Positions 1-8,024 of a DNA stretch of 64,000 bases are shown here, piece by piece. The notes under the pieces are model-generated. The model saw only the letters and a list, made by a program, of their open reading frames with translations. It was not told where the DNA came from and did not search any database. Position numbers and translations under genes: made by a program. Location of the stretch: positions 80,051 through 144,050 of the forward strand of contig JAKFCT010000029.1 of the NCBI GenBank assembly GCA_036676495.1, in the 5' to 3' direction. Each line of letters starts with the position of its first letter. Position 1 is the stretch's first letter. This DNA comes from Candidatus Sericytochromatia bacterium. GTDB lineage: Bacteria > Cyanobacteriota > Sericytochromatia > S15B-MN24 > UBA4093.

Positions 1-2055
1 GCGTTCGCGCAGGACCTGGTAGTGCTGGTGGGCGAGCAGGGTGGTGGGGGCCAGGACGGCGACTTGCTTGCCGCTCATGACGGCCTTGAAGATGCCGCGC
101 AGGGCGACCTCGGTCTTGCCGAAGCCGACGTCGCCGCAAATCAGGCGATCCATGGGACGCGGGGCCTCCATGTCGCGCTTGACCTCGGTGATGGCCCGGA
201 GCTGGTCCGGGGTCTCGTCGTAGGGGAAGCCTTCCTCCATCTCGGCTTGCCAGACCGTGTCGGCGGGGTGGGCGAAGCCGGGCTGGGCGGCGCGCTGGGC
301 GTAAAGCTTGAGCAGGTCGAAGGCGAGCTCCTGGACGGCCTTCTTGACGCGGCTCTTGACGTTGGCCCAGTCGGCACCGCCCATCTTGTTGATGCGCGGC
401 GCGCCGTCGGCGCCGCCGCGGTAGCGGTGCAGGAGGCCGATCTGGTCGACCGGGACGTAGAGCTTGTCGTCCCCGCGATAGGAGATGAGCAGGTACTCGC
501 GGGCGAGGCCGTTGACCTCGAGGCGGCGCATGCCCTGGTACTGGCCGATGCCGTGCTTGGCATGGACGACGTGGTCGCCGACGACGAGCTCTCCGATGGT
601 GGCGATCTGGGCTCCGGCGTGCGTCGGCCGCTTTTCCTTGCGGCCGGGACGTTTCTGCCAGCCGAAGAGCTCGTGATCGGTCAGGAGGGTGATGCCGAGG
701 TCGGGCCAGGAGAAGCCGGCGCTGAGGCTCTCGCGGACGATCCAGGTGCCTCCGTAGGGAGCTCCGGGTTCGGGGAGGCGGCCGCCGTAGGTGGCATGGG
801 CGCCGCGCTCGTCGAGGATGGCGAAGACGCGCTGGGGCTGGACGCTCGCGATGACGAGGGTCTCTCCGGCCTTGGCGGCGGCCTTCACCGAGTCGGCCAG
901 GCGGTCGAACTGGTTGCCGAAGGAAAGCGGTGCCGAGGTCTGAAGGGCGATCGTCCCGTCGTTGGGGGTGAGGTCCAGCTGCGCGTAGGGGGCGAGGGTG
1001 TTCTGCAGTTCGTCCCAGGTGAGGTGGAGCAACTGGGGCAGCTTCGGCATGTCGTTGGCGTTGAGGCGCTTGGAGTAGGTGTCTCCGAGCAGCTTGTTCC
1101 AGGAGGCGTACTCGCTGGCGAGGGCCTGTTTGTCGGCCCAGATGACGGGATACTGGGTCGGGACGTAGTCGAGGAGGGTGCCGAGCCTGCCGAAGAAGGG
1201 GGCGTAAAGCTCGCAGCCTTCGAAGTACTGGAAGGAGCCGAGCTGGTCGAGGGCGGCGTCGACGATCCGCTTGAGCTTGTTGGCCTCTTCGGGGCGGCCG
1301 CCGCCGTTGAGCATGTTGACCTTCTCGCGCGTGGCGGCCTTGATGCGCGCGGCGGCCTCCTCCCAGCCCTCGGCGGGGAGGATCAGCTCACGGGTGGGCC
1401 AGAGGCGCAGCGCGTCGAGTTGTTCTTCGGAGCGCTGGGTGGCGGGGTCGAAGACGCGGATGGCGTCGATCTCGTCGCCGAAGAACTCGATGCGGGCGGG
1501 ACGATCGCTCTGGGGGGGGAAGACGTCGAGGATGCCGCCGCGGCGGGAAAATTCCCCTTTGTCGGCGACGGCGGGGCTGGGGCGGTAGCCGAGCTTGACG
1601 AGCTGCTGGGTGAGGGCGGCGGGGGCGAGGGTGTCGCCGACCGAGAGGGTGAGGGCAGCGTCCTTCCAGGCCTCGGGGGTGGGGAGGCGCATGGCGATCG
1701 CCTTGGGGGTGGTGATGACGCGCTTGGCTTCACCGGAGACCATGGCCGCGAGGGCGCGCTGGCGCGCATGCAGCAGCTCCTCCTCGGGGGAGACGCCCTG
1801 GTAGGGGGGGACCTCGACGGGGAGGAAGGTGACGGCGTCGACTCCGAAGGCGGCGAGATCGGATTGCCAGCGGCGGGCGGCGTCGGCGCTGGGGGCCACC
1901 AGCAGCCAGCCGTCAGCGGGAAGGCCGCCGGCCACGAAGAGGGAGGCCATGGGGGTGAGGCCGCCGACCGAGACGGTCTTTCCGGGGGTGAGGGCGTCGG
2001 TGAGCCGCGCCGCGTCGGGATGGGCGAGGAGGTGGGCGAAGAGATCCGAAAGCAT
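1..2055 (-). CDS. mfd: Transcription-repair coupling factor, 5' portion; the gene continues past the window start
   Basis: Not in the ORF track because it has no stop in the window. The reverse frame from ATG 2055 (MLSDLFAHLL...) reads MDRLICGDVGFGKTEVALRGIFKAVMSGKQVAVLAPTTLLAHQH, the Mfd/RecG helicase motifs I and Ia. The + strand ORF 22..3276 is its antisense shadow. Confidence 0.95.
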   Translation of the reverse strand, partial: MLSDLFAHLLAHPDAARLTDALTPGKTVSVGGLTPMASLFVAGGLPADGWLLVAPSADAARRWQSDLAAFGVDAVTFLPVEVPPYQGVSPEEELLHARQRALAAMVSGEAKRVITTPKAIAMRLPTPEAWKDAALTLSVGDTLAPAALTQQLVKLGYRPSPAVADKGEFSRRGGILDVFPPQSDRPARIEFFGDEIDAIRVFDPATQRSEEQLDALRLWPTRELILPAEGWEEAAARIKAATREKVNMLNGGGRPEEANKLKRIVDAALDQLGSFQYFEGCELYAPFFGRLGTLLDYVPTQYPVIWADKQALASEYASWNKLLGDTYSKRLNANDMPKLPQLLHLTWDELQNTLAPYAQLDLTPNDGTIALQTSAPLSFGNQFDRLADSVKAAAKAGETLVIASVQPQRVFAILDERGAHATYGGRLPEPGAPYGGTWIVRESLSAGFSWPDLGITLLTDHELFGWQKRPGRKEKRPTHAGAQIATIGELVVGDHVVHAKHGIGQYQGMRRLEVNGLAREYLLISYRGDDKLYVPVDQIGLLHRYRGGADGAPRINKMGGADWANVKSRVKKAVQELAFDLLKLYAQRAAQPGFAHPADTVWQAEMEEGFPYDETPDQLRAITEVKRDMEAPRPMDRLICGDVGFGKTEVALRGIFKAVMSGKQVAVLAPTTLLAHQHYQVLRER

Positions 2056-2151
2056 GCTCAAGGGGCGTCGATCCATTTTCCAAGAGAATCCGGGCAAAGT
2101 GCCAGTTTACCACAGGGGAAAGCGGGGCGCGACGCGCGTCCCGCCGCGGGC

Positions 2152-3360
2152 TCAGTCCTGGGGGGGATGGGCGCCGAGGGCTCCGAGGGCCTTGGCGATG
2201 CGTTCGCGCAGCAGGGGTTCGCGTTCGGCCTGGCGGAAGGCGATCTCGAATTCGCGGATGGCTCCGGAGGTGTCTCCGAGGCGCTGGTAGAGGCTGGCGA
2301 TGCGGAAGTGGAGGTCGGGATCCTCGTAGCCGAGGACGGCGGCGCGCTCGTACTGGGTGAGGGCCTCGGAGAGGGTGCCGCGTTCCTGCAGGAGGGCGCC
2401 GAGCTGGATGAGGGCGGCGCGGTGGCGGGGGTTGAGGCCCAGGGCCTTGCGGTAGGCGGCGAGGGCTTGATCGGGATCCCGCCGGATCTGGTGGAGCATG
2501 CCGAGGCGGTAGGGGAGGTCGGCGTTGGCGGGTTCGAGGGGCATGGCGCGGCGGTAGTAGCCGATGGCCTCGTCGTAGCGTTCGTCCTTGACGTAGCAGT
2601 CGGCCAGGAGGGTGAGGGCGGTGGGGTTGGCGGGGTCGAGGCGGGAGGCTTCCTTGAGGTTTCGCTCGGCGGCGGGGAGGTTGCCGCGTTTGAGGAGGAG
2701 GCTGCCGAGGAGCAGGTAGGCGTGGGCGCTGCTTTCCTTGGCCACGAGCGCTTCATAGGTGGCCTGGGCTTCGGCGAGGTTGGCGTTTTCCTCGTAGAGG
2801 CGGCCGAGCCGCTTGAGGGCGGCGGGGTCGGGGAGGGGTTTGAGGAGGGCGATGGCGGCGGGGAGGTCTCCGCGGTCCTCGAGGTGCATGGCGCGCTGGA
2901 GGGGGTCGCGGGTGGACTGCCAGAGCCACCAGGCGAAGCCGCCTCCGGCGACGAGCATGACGGCGAGGAGGATCAGGGCGAGGGTCTTGGGGGGGAGGGG
3001 GGGGCGGTGCTTGGGGGGGAACTTGGGTTTGCCGATGGGTTTCTTGCAGCGGCCGCAGCGGGCGACGAGGAGGCCGGTTTCGGAGCGGACGCGGTTGTAG
3101 GTGCCGCACTGGGAGCAGACGGCGACGATGAGGGAGGGCCCGGTGGGGGCGTGGGGGTTGCGTTGGCGGTCGTAGGCGTCGCGGAGGGCGGGGTCGGAGA
3201 GGACGCGATAGGCTTCGGTGAGCAGTTGGGTTTGCTCGGAGTTCCCCCCCTTGTCGGGGTGGGTGCCGGCCAGTAGTAGGGTCCGGTAGGCCTTCTTGAT
3301 GATGAGGGGGCTGGCCTTGGGGTGGACCTGCAGGACCTCGTAGTAGTCTGGCTCGGACAT
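2152..3360 (-). CDS. DnaJ-domain / Zn-ribbon / transmembrane / TPR-repeat protein
   Basis: N-terminal DYYEVLQV...IKKAYR...HPDKGG J-domain; CSQC...CGRC ribbon; hydrophobic helix LALILLAVMLVAGGGFAWW; several TPR-like repeats. Confidence 0.85.
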   Translation of the reverse strand: MSEPDYYEVLQVHPKASPLIIKKAYRTLLLAGTHPDKGGNSEQTQLLTEAYRVLSDPALRDAYDRQRNPHAPTGPSLIVAVCSQCGTYNRVRSETGLLVARCGRCKKPIGKPKFPPKHRPPLPPKTLALILLAVMLVAGGGFAWWLWQSTRDPLQRAMHLEDRGDLPAAIALLKPLPDPAALKRLGRLYEENANLAEAQATYEALVAKESSAHAYLLLGSLLLKRGNLPAAERNLKEASRLDPANPTALTLLADCYVKDERYDEAIGYYRRAMPLEPANADLPYRLGMLHQIRRDPDQALAAYRKALGLNPRHRAALIQLGALLQERGTLSEALTQYERAAVLGYEDPDLHFRIASLYQRLGDTSGAIREFEIAFRQAEREPLLRERIAKALGALGAHPPQD

Positions 3361-3613
3361 GAATCCTTAGCTTAGCTTGGCGGGGGGACAGCCGCTCCAG
3401 TATACCCGCTAGGCGTTAAGCTTTCACGCTTGTCTGGCGAGAGGCGGGCATCTTCCGGGAAAGGGGCGGCAGGGGCGCGGTTCTCGCGGCAAAACCCCTA
3501 GGGCATTTCGTCGTGATTGGCCATGCCTCCCGGGGGCGGCTCCTCCTAGGATGGGGGGGATTGGGGGTTGCGGCAGGCCTTTCGCGGCCGGAACTCGAAG
3601 GAGGGTGCAACGG

Positions 3614-4021
3614 ATGGAATCGACGCCCCGTCCCATCACGGGATACCCGTCCCAGCGGCTCGCGCTTCCCTTGGCGACGCTGGGGAAGGGGTTGCAGCGG
3701 CTCTTGCGGCCCGCGCGGCTGGCAGTGGTCATGGTGCAGGCGCAAGGCGAGCAGGCGATCGTCGAGGTGCATGGGGCCCTGGACGTTCGGGGGTCCGAGC
3801 GGCTGAAGCGGGCGGTCGCCCTGGCGTTCGAGGAAGGGTCGAGCCAGGTGACGATCGAGCTGTCGAAGGCGACGCGGGTCACTCCGGCGGGGGTGGCGGC
3901 GTTGGTGGAGGCGAGCGAGCGAGCGGGCGCGGGCGCGGTCCAGCTGGCGGGGTTGAGTCCGGAGTTCCGCTGGCTCTTGGAGAAGGCGGGCTTGCACATG
4001 GTGCTCGAGATCATGGAGTAG
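3614..4021 (+). CDS. STAS-domain (anti-sigma factor antagonist-like) protein
   Basis: IVEVHGALD...VTIELSKATRVTPAGVAALV...VQLAGLSPEFRWLLEKAGL matches the SpoIIAA/STAS pattern. ATG 3614 follows a GAAGGAGG RBS, so I prefer it to 3551. Confidence 0.8.
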   Translation: MESTPRPITGYPSQRLALPLATLGKGLQRLLRPARLAVVMVQAQGEQAIVEVHGALDVRGSERLKRAVALAFEEGSSQVTIELSKATRVTPAGVAALVEASERAGAGAVQLAGLSPEFRWLLEKAGLHMVLEIME

Positions 4022-4024
4022 CCG

Positions 4025-5527
4025 ATGAAGGCGATCATTCTGGCGGCCTCGCCGGGGGGGGCGACGGAGGGCTTCGGCTTCCAGCTCCACGAGGCGCTCT
4101 GGCCCTTGCTGGGGCGGCCGTTGATTGATTTGCAGCTGGAGGCCCTGGGCGAGCTGGGGGCGCGGGAGGTCTGGGTGAGCCTGCGGCATCGGCCGTTCGG
4201 GCTGGATCGGCACCTGCAGGGGCGGCATGCGCCTCCGCTGACGGTCGTGCGCTTGGAGCGGCAGGATCGGGGGCTATTGGGGACGCTCTCGCGGGCGCGC
4301 CGCTTCCTGACGGAGACCACCTTGCTCTTGCCGGCGGACATGGTGCCTCCTGCGGAGCTGGGGGCCTTCCTGGCGGATCACCTGGCCTCGGAGGCCTGGC
4401 TGAGCGAGATTCTCGATCCGGCGGGGAACGCCTGCTACCTGGTGGAGCCGGCGCTCCTGGCGTTGCTGGGGACGGAAGGAGAGCTTTGCCCGGAGGTGCT
4501 GGCGGCGGCGGGGCATCCCGTGCGGAGCGTGCTTCACCCGGGCCTGGCCCGGCTGGGGACGCCGGGGGGCCTTCTTGCGGCGCATGCCCAGGCGTTGCAG
4601 CGGGGCTACGTGGATGCGACGGCGAAGGTGCATCCGGCCGCGCGGGTGGCCGAGCGGGTTTGGATCGGGCCGGGCTGCCGCGTGGAGCGCGAGGCCAAGC
4701 TTTCAGAGGGCACGGTCCTCATGGAAGGGGTGCGGGTGGAGCGGGGGGCGACGCTCTCCGGGGTCGTGGTGCTGCCGCATGTGCGGGTCGGCAAGGCTTC
4801 GAGCTTCCAGCAGGCGATCCTGACTCCCGAGGGGAGTTTCACGGCCGGGGGCTTCACGCCGGAGCCGGACGCGGAGGTGCTGGGATCGGCGCGGCAGGCG
4901 AGCTGGGGGGAGCGCGGGCATCAGGGGCTGGACATGGTGCTGGCGGGCCTGGCGCTCCTGGTGCTGGCACCGCTGCTGCTCGTCCTGGCCGTGATCATCC
5001 GGCTGGACTCACCGGGGCCGATCTTCTACTCGCAGCTGCGGGTGGGGCAGGATCGGCGCGGCAAGCTGCGCGGCCGGGTCTTCGAGCTTTACAAGTTCCG
5101 GACCATGCACGTGGACGCGGACGCGCGGCTGGCGGAGCTGAAGGCCCAGAACGCGTACGGATCGGGGCCGTTCTTCAAGCTGGAGCATGATCCGCGGATC
5201 ACGCGGGCGGGGGCGTTCCTGCGCAAGACCAGCCTGGACGAGCTGCCGCAACTCTTGAACGTCCTGCGGGGGGATATGCGGTTGGTGGGGAACCGGCCGT
5301 TGCCGGTCTACGAGGCGGCGGAGCTGGCCGAGGAGTGGCAGCGCATGCGCTTCAACTGTCCGGCAGGGATCACGGGGCTCTGGCAGATCAGCGGGAGATC
5401 GGATCTGAGCGAGCACGAGCGCATGGTGCTGGACACGGTTTACGCGGTGACGCGGAATTTCTGGACGGACTGGCTCATCTTGCTCAAGACCTTGCCGGCG
5501 CTGCTGTTGCGGAGGGGGGCACGCTAG
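4025..5527 (+). CDS. Priming glycosyltransferase (Bac_transf) with N-terminal nucleotidyltransferase-like and left-handed beta-helix domains
   Basis: C-terminal [43 protein letters not shown] and [12 protein letters not shown] motifs. N-terminus MKAIILAA...PLLGRPLI followed by hexapeptide-like repeats. Confidence 0.9.
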   Translation: MKAIILAASPGGATEGFGFQLHEALWPLLGRPLIDLQLEALGELGAREVWVSLRHRPFGLDRHLQGRHAPPLTVVRLERQDRGLLGTLSRARRFLTETTLLLPADMVPPAELGAFLADHLASEAWLSEILDPAGNACYLVEPALLALLGTEGELCPEVLAAAGHPVRSVLHPGLARLGTPGGLLAAHAQALQRGYVDATAKVHPAARVAERVWIGPGCRVEREAKLSEGTVLMEGVRVERGATLSGVVVLPHVRVGKASSFQQAILTPEGSFTAGGFTPEPDAEVLGSARQASWGERGHQGLDMVLAGLALLVLAPLLLVLAVIIRLDSPGPIFYSQLRVGQDRRGKLRGRVFELYKFRTMHVDADARLAELKAQNAYGSGPFFKLEHDPRITRAGAFLRKTSLDELPQLLNVLRGDMRLVGNRPLPVYEAAELAEEWQRMRFNCPAGITGLWQISGRSDLSEHERMVLDTVYAVTRNFWTDWLILLKTLPALLLRRGAR

Positions 5528-5560
5528 CTCTGGGAAACGTCGGGTGAAGAAGGAGGAAGC

Positions 5561-6331
5561 ATGATCCGCAAGACGCTGATGGCGCTGGCCCTGGGTTTCC
5601 CTTTGCTCGGCGCCCCGATGCTCAGTGCAGAGGCCTGGGCGGCAGAGCGGGTGATCATTCCCACGCCGCCGGCGAACCTGTCGCTGGAGGAGGCGCTGGC
5701 GCGGGCGATGCGCGAGAGTCCCGAGGTGAAGGTGGCCGAGTCGGAGCTGGCGCGGGCGCAGGCCGAGGCAGGCAGCCAGGCACTTTGGCCGCTGCGCTCA
5801 TTGACGGCGAACGTCTCGATCGTGCGCCAGCTGGACGGCTCGGGGCTGGGGCTGGCTCCGGGGCAGACTCCCGGGGCGATCGGCTTCGGGGGGCCGACGG
5901 CGGGGGCGTATCTCAACCTGAACGTCGGGGAGCTGATCGGCGGGGCGTTCATGATGCGGGCGGCCCATGCCCGGATGGTGACGGCCGAGGAGAATTTGCG
6001 GCTGGTCAAGCTGCAGGTGGCGACCGGGGTGACGGAGGCCTACGCGGCGTGGAGCGCCCAGAAGAAGCTCATGGCGCTGCGCCAGGAAGCGATCAAGGCT
6101 TCCCAAAGCGACGTGGTGGTGCTGGAGCGGCTCTTCGGGCGCGGGGGGGCGAACATCAACGACCTCCTGAAGGCCCGGCTGGCAGTCAGCCAGTCCCAGG
6201 TGGATCTGCTGACGGCCGAGGGGGAGTACAACCGGGCCTGGACGACCTTGCTGCAACGCATGGGCCAGTCGGCCTGGCTGGAGCCCCAACGCCAGGCGCC
6301 TACGGGAACCGTGAAAAAAGGAGCGCGCTAA
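5561..6331 (+). CDS. TolC/OEP-family outer membrane protein, single repeat (half size)
   Basis: Signal peptide, LSLEEALARAMRESP, VTEAYAA, RLFGRGGANINDLLKAR. Only 256 aa. GAAGGAGG RBS. Confidence 0.75.
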   Translation: MIRKTLMALALGFPLLGAPMLSAEAWAAERVIIPTPPANLSLEEALARAMRESPEVKVAESELARAQAEAGSQALWPLRSLTANVSIVRQLDGSGLGLAPGQTPGAIGFGGPTAGAYLNLNVGELIGGAFMMRAAHARMVTAEENLRLVKLQVATGVTEAYAAWSAQKKLMALRQEAIKASQSDVVVLERLFGRGGANINDLLKARLAVSQSQVDLLTAEGEYNRAWTTLLQRMGQSAWLEPQRQAPTGTVKKGAR

Positions 6332-6334
6332 CTC

Positions 6335-8023
6335 ATGAAGCAGCCTGAAAAGCGGGCTCTTGAGCGTTTCGAGGCCCACCTTCCCCTCTTGAAGCACCTG
6401 GTGGCCCGGGCCCTGGCAACCGGCGGGGGCACCGCGCGTTCCCTGGTCTACGCGGGAGCCCATGGGTTGTGGCAAGCGGCCGTGGACTTCGGGGACGGAG
6501 CGTTCGGGGAGGCCGCCGAGGTGGCGGTGACGAGCGCGTTGCTCGATCACTTGCACTTCGGGACCGCCAAGCCGCTGCCGGAAGCGCTCTCGGGCCTGAC
6601 TCCGAAGCTGGACGCGATGGCCGCGCAACTGCAGGCCGAGCAACCTCCCCAGGCGCTGGCGACCTACGGGGCCCTCATGCGGCGCCCCAACACGTTGCCG
6701 ATGCCCGAAGAGGAGTTCCCGGTCCTGGTCAACGGGTCCGAGGGGGCCTTGCTGTCGGCGATCGCCAACCTCTTCCGGCGCCACTGGCCCTTGATGGTGG
6801 CGATCGCCCTGGTCACGGAGGTCGCCGTCTTCGCGATGGTCAAGACCGCCCCCAAGACCTACAAGGCCGAAACCACGGTCAACACCGGGATCGCCTCGGG
6901 GATCTCGGCCACCGGCGCGCCGATCGACTGGTTCAAGGCCGGCGCCCTCATGGGCAACCTCACGGAGATCCTGCTGAGCCGGGCGGTGCTCGACCGAACG
7001 CTCAAGGCGATGAACTGGGATCTCCCGGCCGAGAAGCTGGCCAAGCGCCTCGAGGTCGAGCGGGTGAACCAGACCGACCTCCTGAAGATCTCGGCCACGG
7101 CCCTCTCGGCCGAAGAGGCGAGCGAACTCGCGAACGTCCACGTGCGGGAGTTCATGGCTTACTACTCCGGCATGACGGGCCGAGATGCCGGCAAGACCAA
7201 CCAGTTCATCTCCGAGCAGGCCCAAGAAGCCGAGAGCCGCTTGCGCACGGCCGAGGAGCGGCTGCGCCGCTTCAAGGCGGAGGCCTTGCCGGAAGCCCAG
7301 CTCGCGCTTTCCGAGCAGCTGGCGGATACGCGGCGGCTGCGCGACGAGACCCAGCAGCTGATCGCCGCCGCCCAGTCGGGCCTCAGCATGGTGGAGTCCG
7401 AGTTGAAGCGCCTGAAGGCCGATCCGGGGCTGGCCGCGACCGTCATGATGAGCCCGGAGGTGGACGCGGCCGGCGAACGGCTGAAGTCCCTTAAAGAAAA
7501 CCTGGCGGACGCCCGCAGCGTCCTGGGCTCGAACCATCCCTCGGTCAAGGAGCTGGAGGCCCAGATTGCCAAGGCCTCGGGCCAGTTGAACGTCACGACC
7601 CGCCGGGTGGCGGGAGGCGAGGAGGGCATGGCCGACGTGATCGCCCGACGGATTGCCCTGAAGGTGGAGCTCGCCCAGAACCAGGCCAAGCTCGCGGCGA
7701 TCGACAGCACCTTGCGGGAGCTCGAGCCCAAGGTGAAGTCGGCGTCCTCGGAGCAGGTGACCCTCGCGCAGCTGCAGCGGGAAGTCGAGATCGCGGCCGC
7801 GGACTACCAGCGCCTGAGTCAGCGCGCCGGGGAGACCCGGGTGGCGGCCTCGGGGGCGGCGACCCTGCCCTTGACCATCATCGACCCGGCCATTCCTCCC
7901 AGCCGCCCCGAGAGCCAGAAGCTTCCGGTCAAATTGGCCCTGGGCCTCATCGTGAGCCTGCTCTTCGGGGGAGTGATCGGCTACCTCCTCGAATTGCGGA
8001 GGAAGCCCGAGCCCGAGGTGTAA
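6335..8023 (+). CDS. Polysaccharide co-polymerase (Wzz/GumC-like) with N-terminal extension and no tyrosine-kinase domain
   Basis: TM1 followed by PKTYKAET, a long coiled coil, NHPSVKEL, then IIDPAIPPSRP before TM2. The protein ends shortly after TM2. Confidence 0.85.
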   Translation: MKQPEKRALERFEAHLPLLKHLVARALATGGGTARSLVYAGAHGLWQAAVDFGDGAFGEAAEVAVTSALLDHLHFGTAKPLPEALSGLTPKLDAMAAQLQAEQPPQALATYGALMRRPNTLPMPEEEFPVLVNGSEGALLSAIANLFRRHWPLMVAIALVTEVAVFAMVKTAPKTYKAETTVNTGIASGISATGAPIDWFKAGALMGNLTEILLSRAVLDRTLKAMNWDLPAEKLAKRLEVERVNQTDLLKISATALSAEEASELANVHVREFMAYYSGMTGRDAGKTNQFISEQAQEAESRLRTAEERLRRFKAEALPEAQLALSEQLADTRRLRDETQQLIAAAQSGLSMVESELKRLKADPGLAATVMMSPEVDAAGERLKSLKENLADARSVLGSNHPSVKELEAQIAKASGQLNVTTRRVAGGEEGMADVIARRIALKVELAQNQAKLAAIDSTLRELEPKVKSASSEQVTLAQLQREVEIAAADYQRLSQRAGETRVAASGAATLPLTIIDPAIPPSRPESQKLPVKLALGLIVSLLFGGVIGYLLELRRKPEPEV

Positions 8024-8024
8024 G

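Noticed and set aside
22-3276. 1084-aa + strand ORF
   Set aside because: Antisense shadow of mfd and the J-domain gene; Gly/Glu/Val-rich composition with no motifs, while the opposite strand has clear ones.
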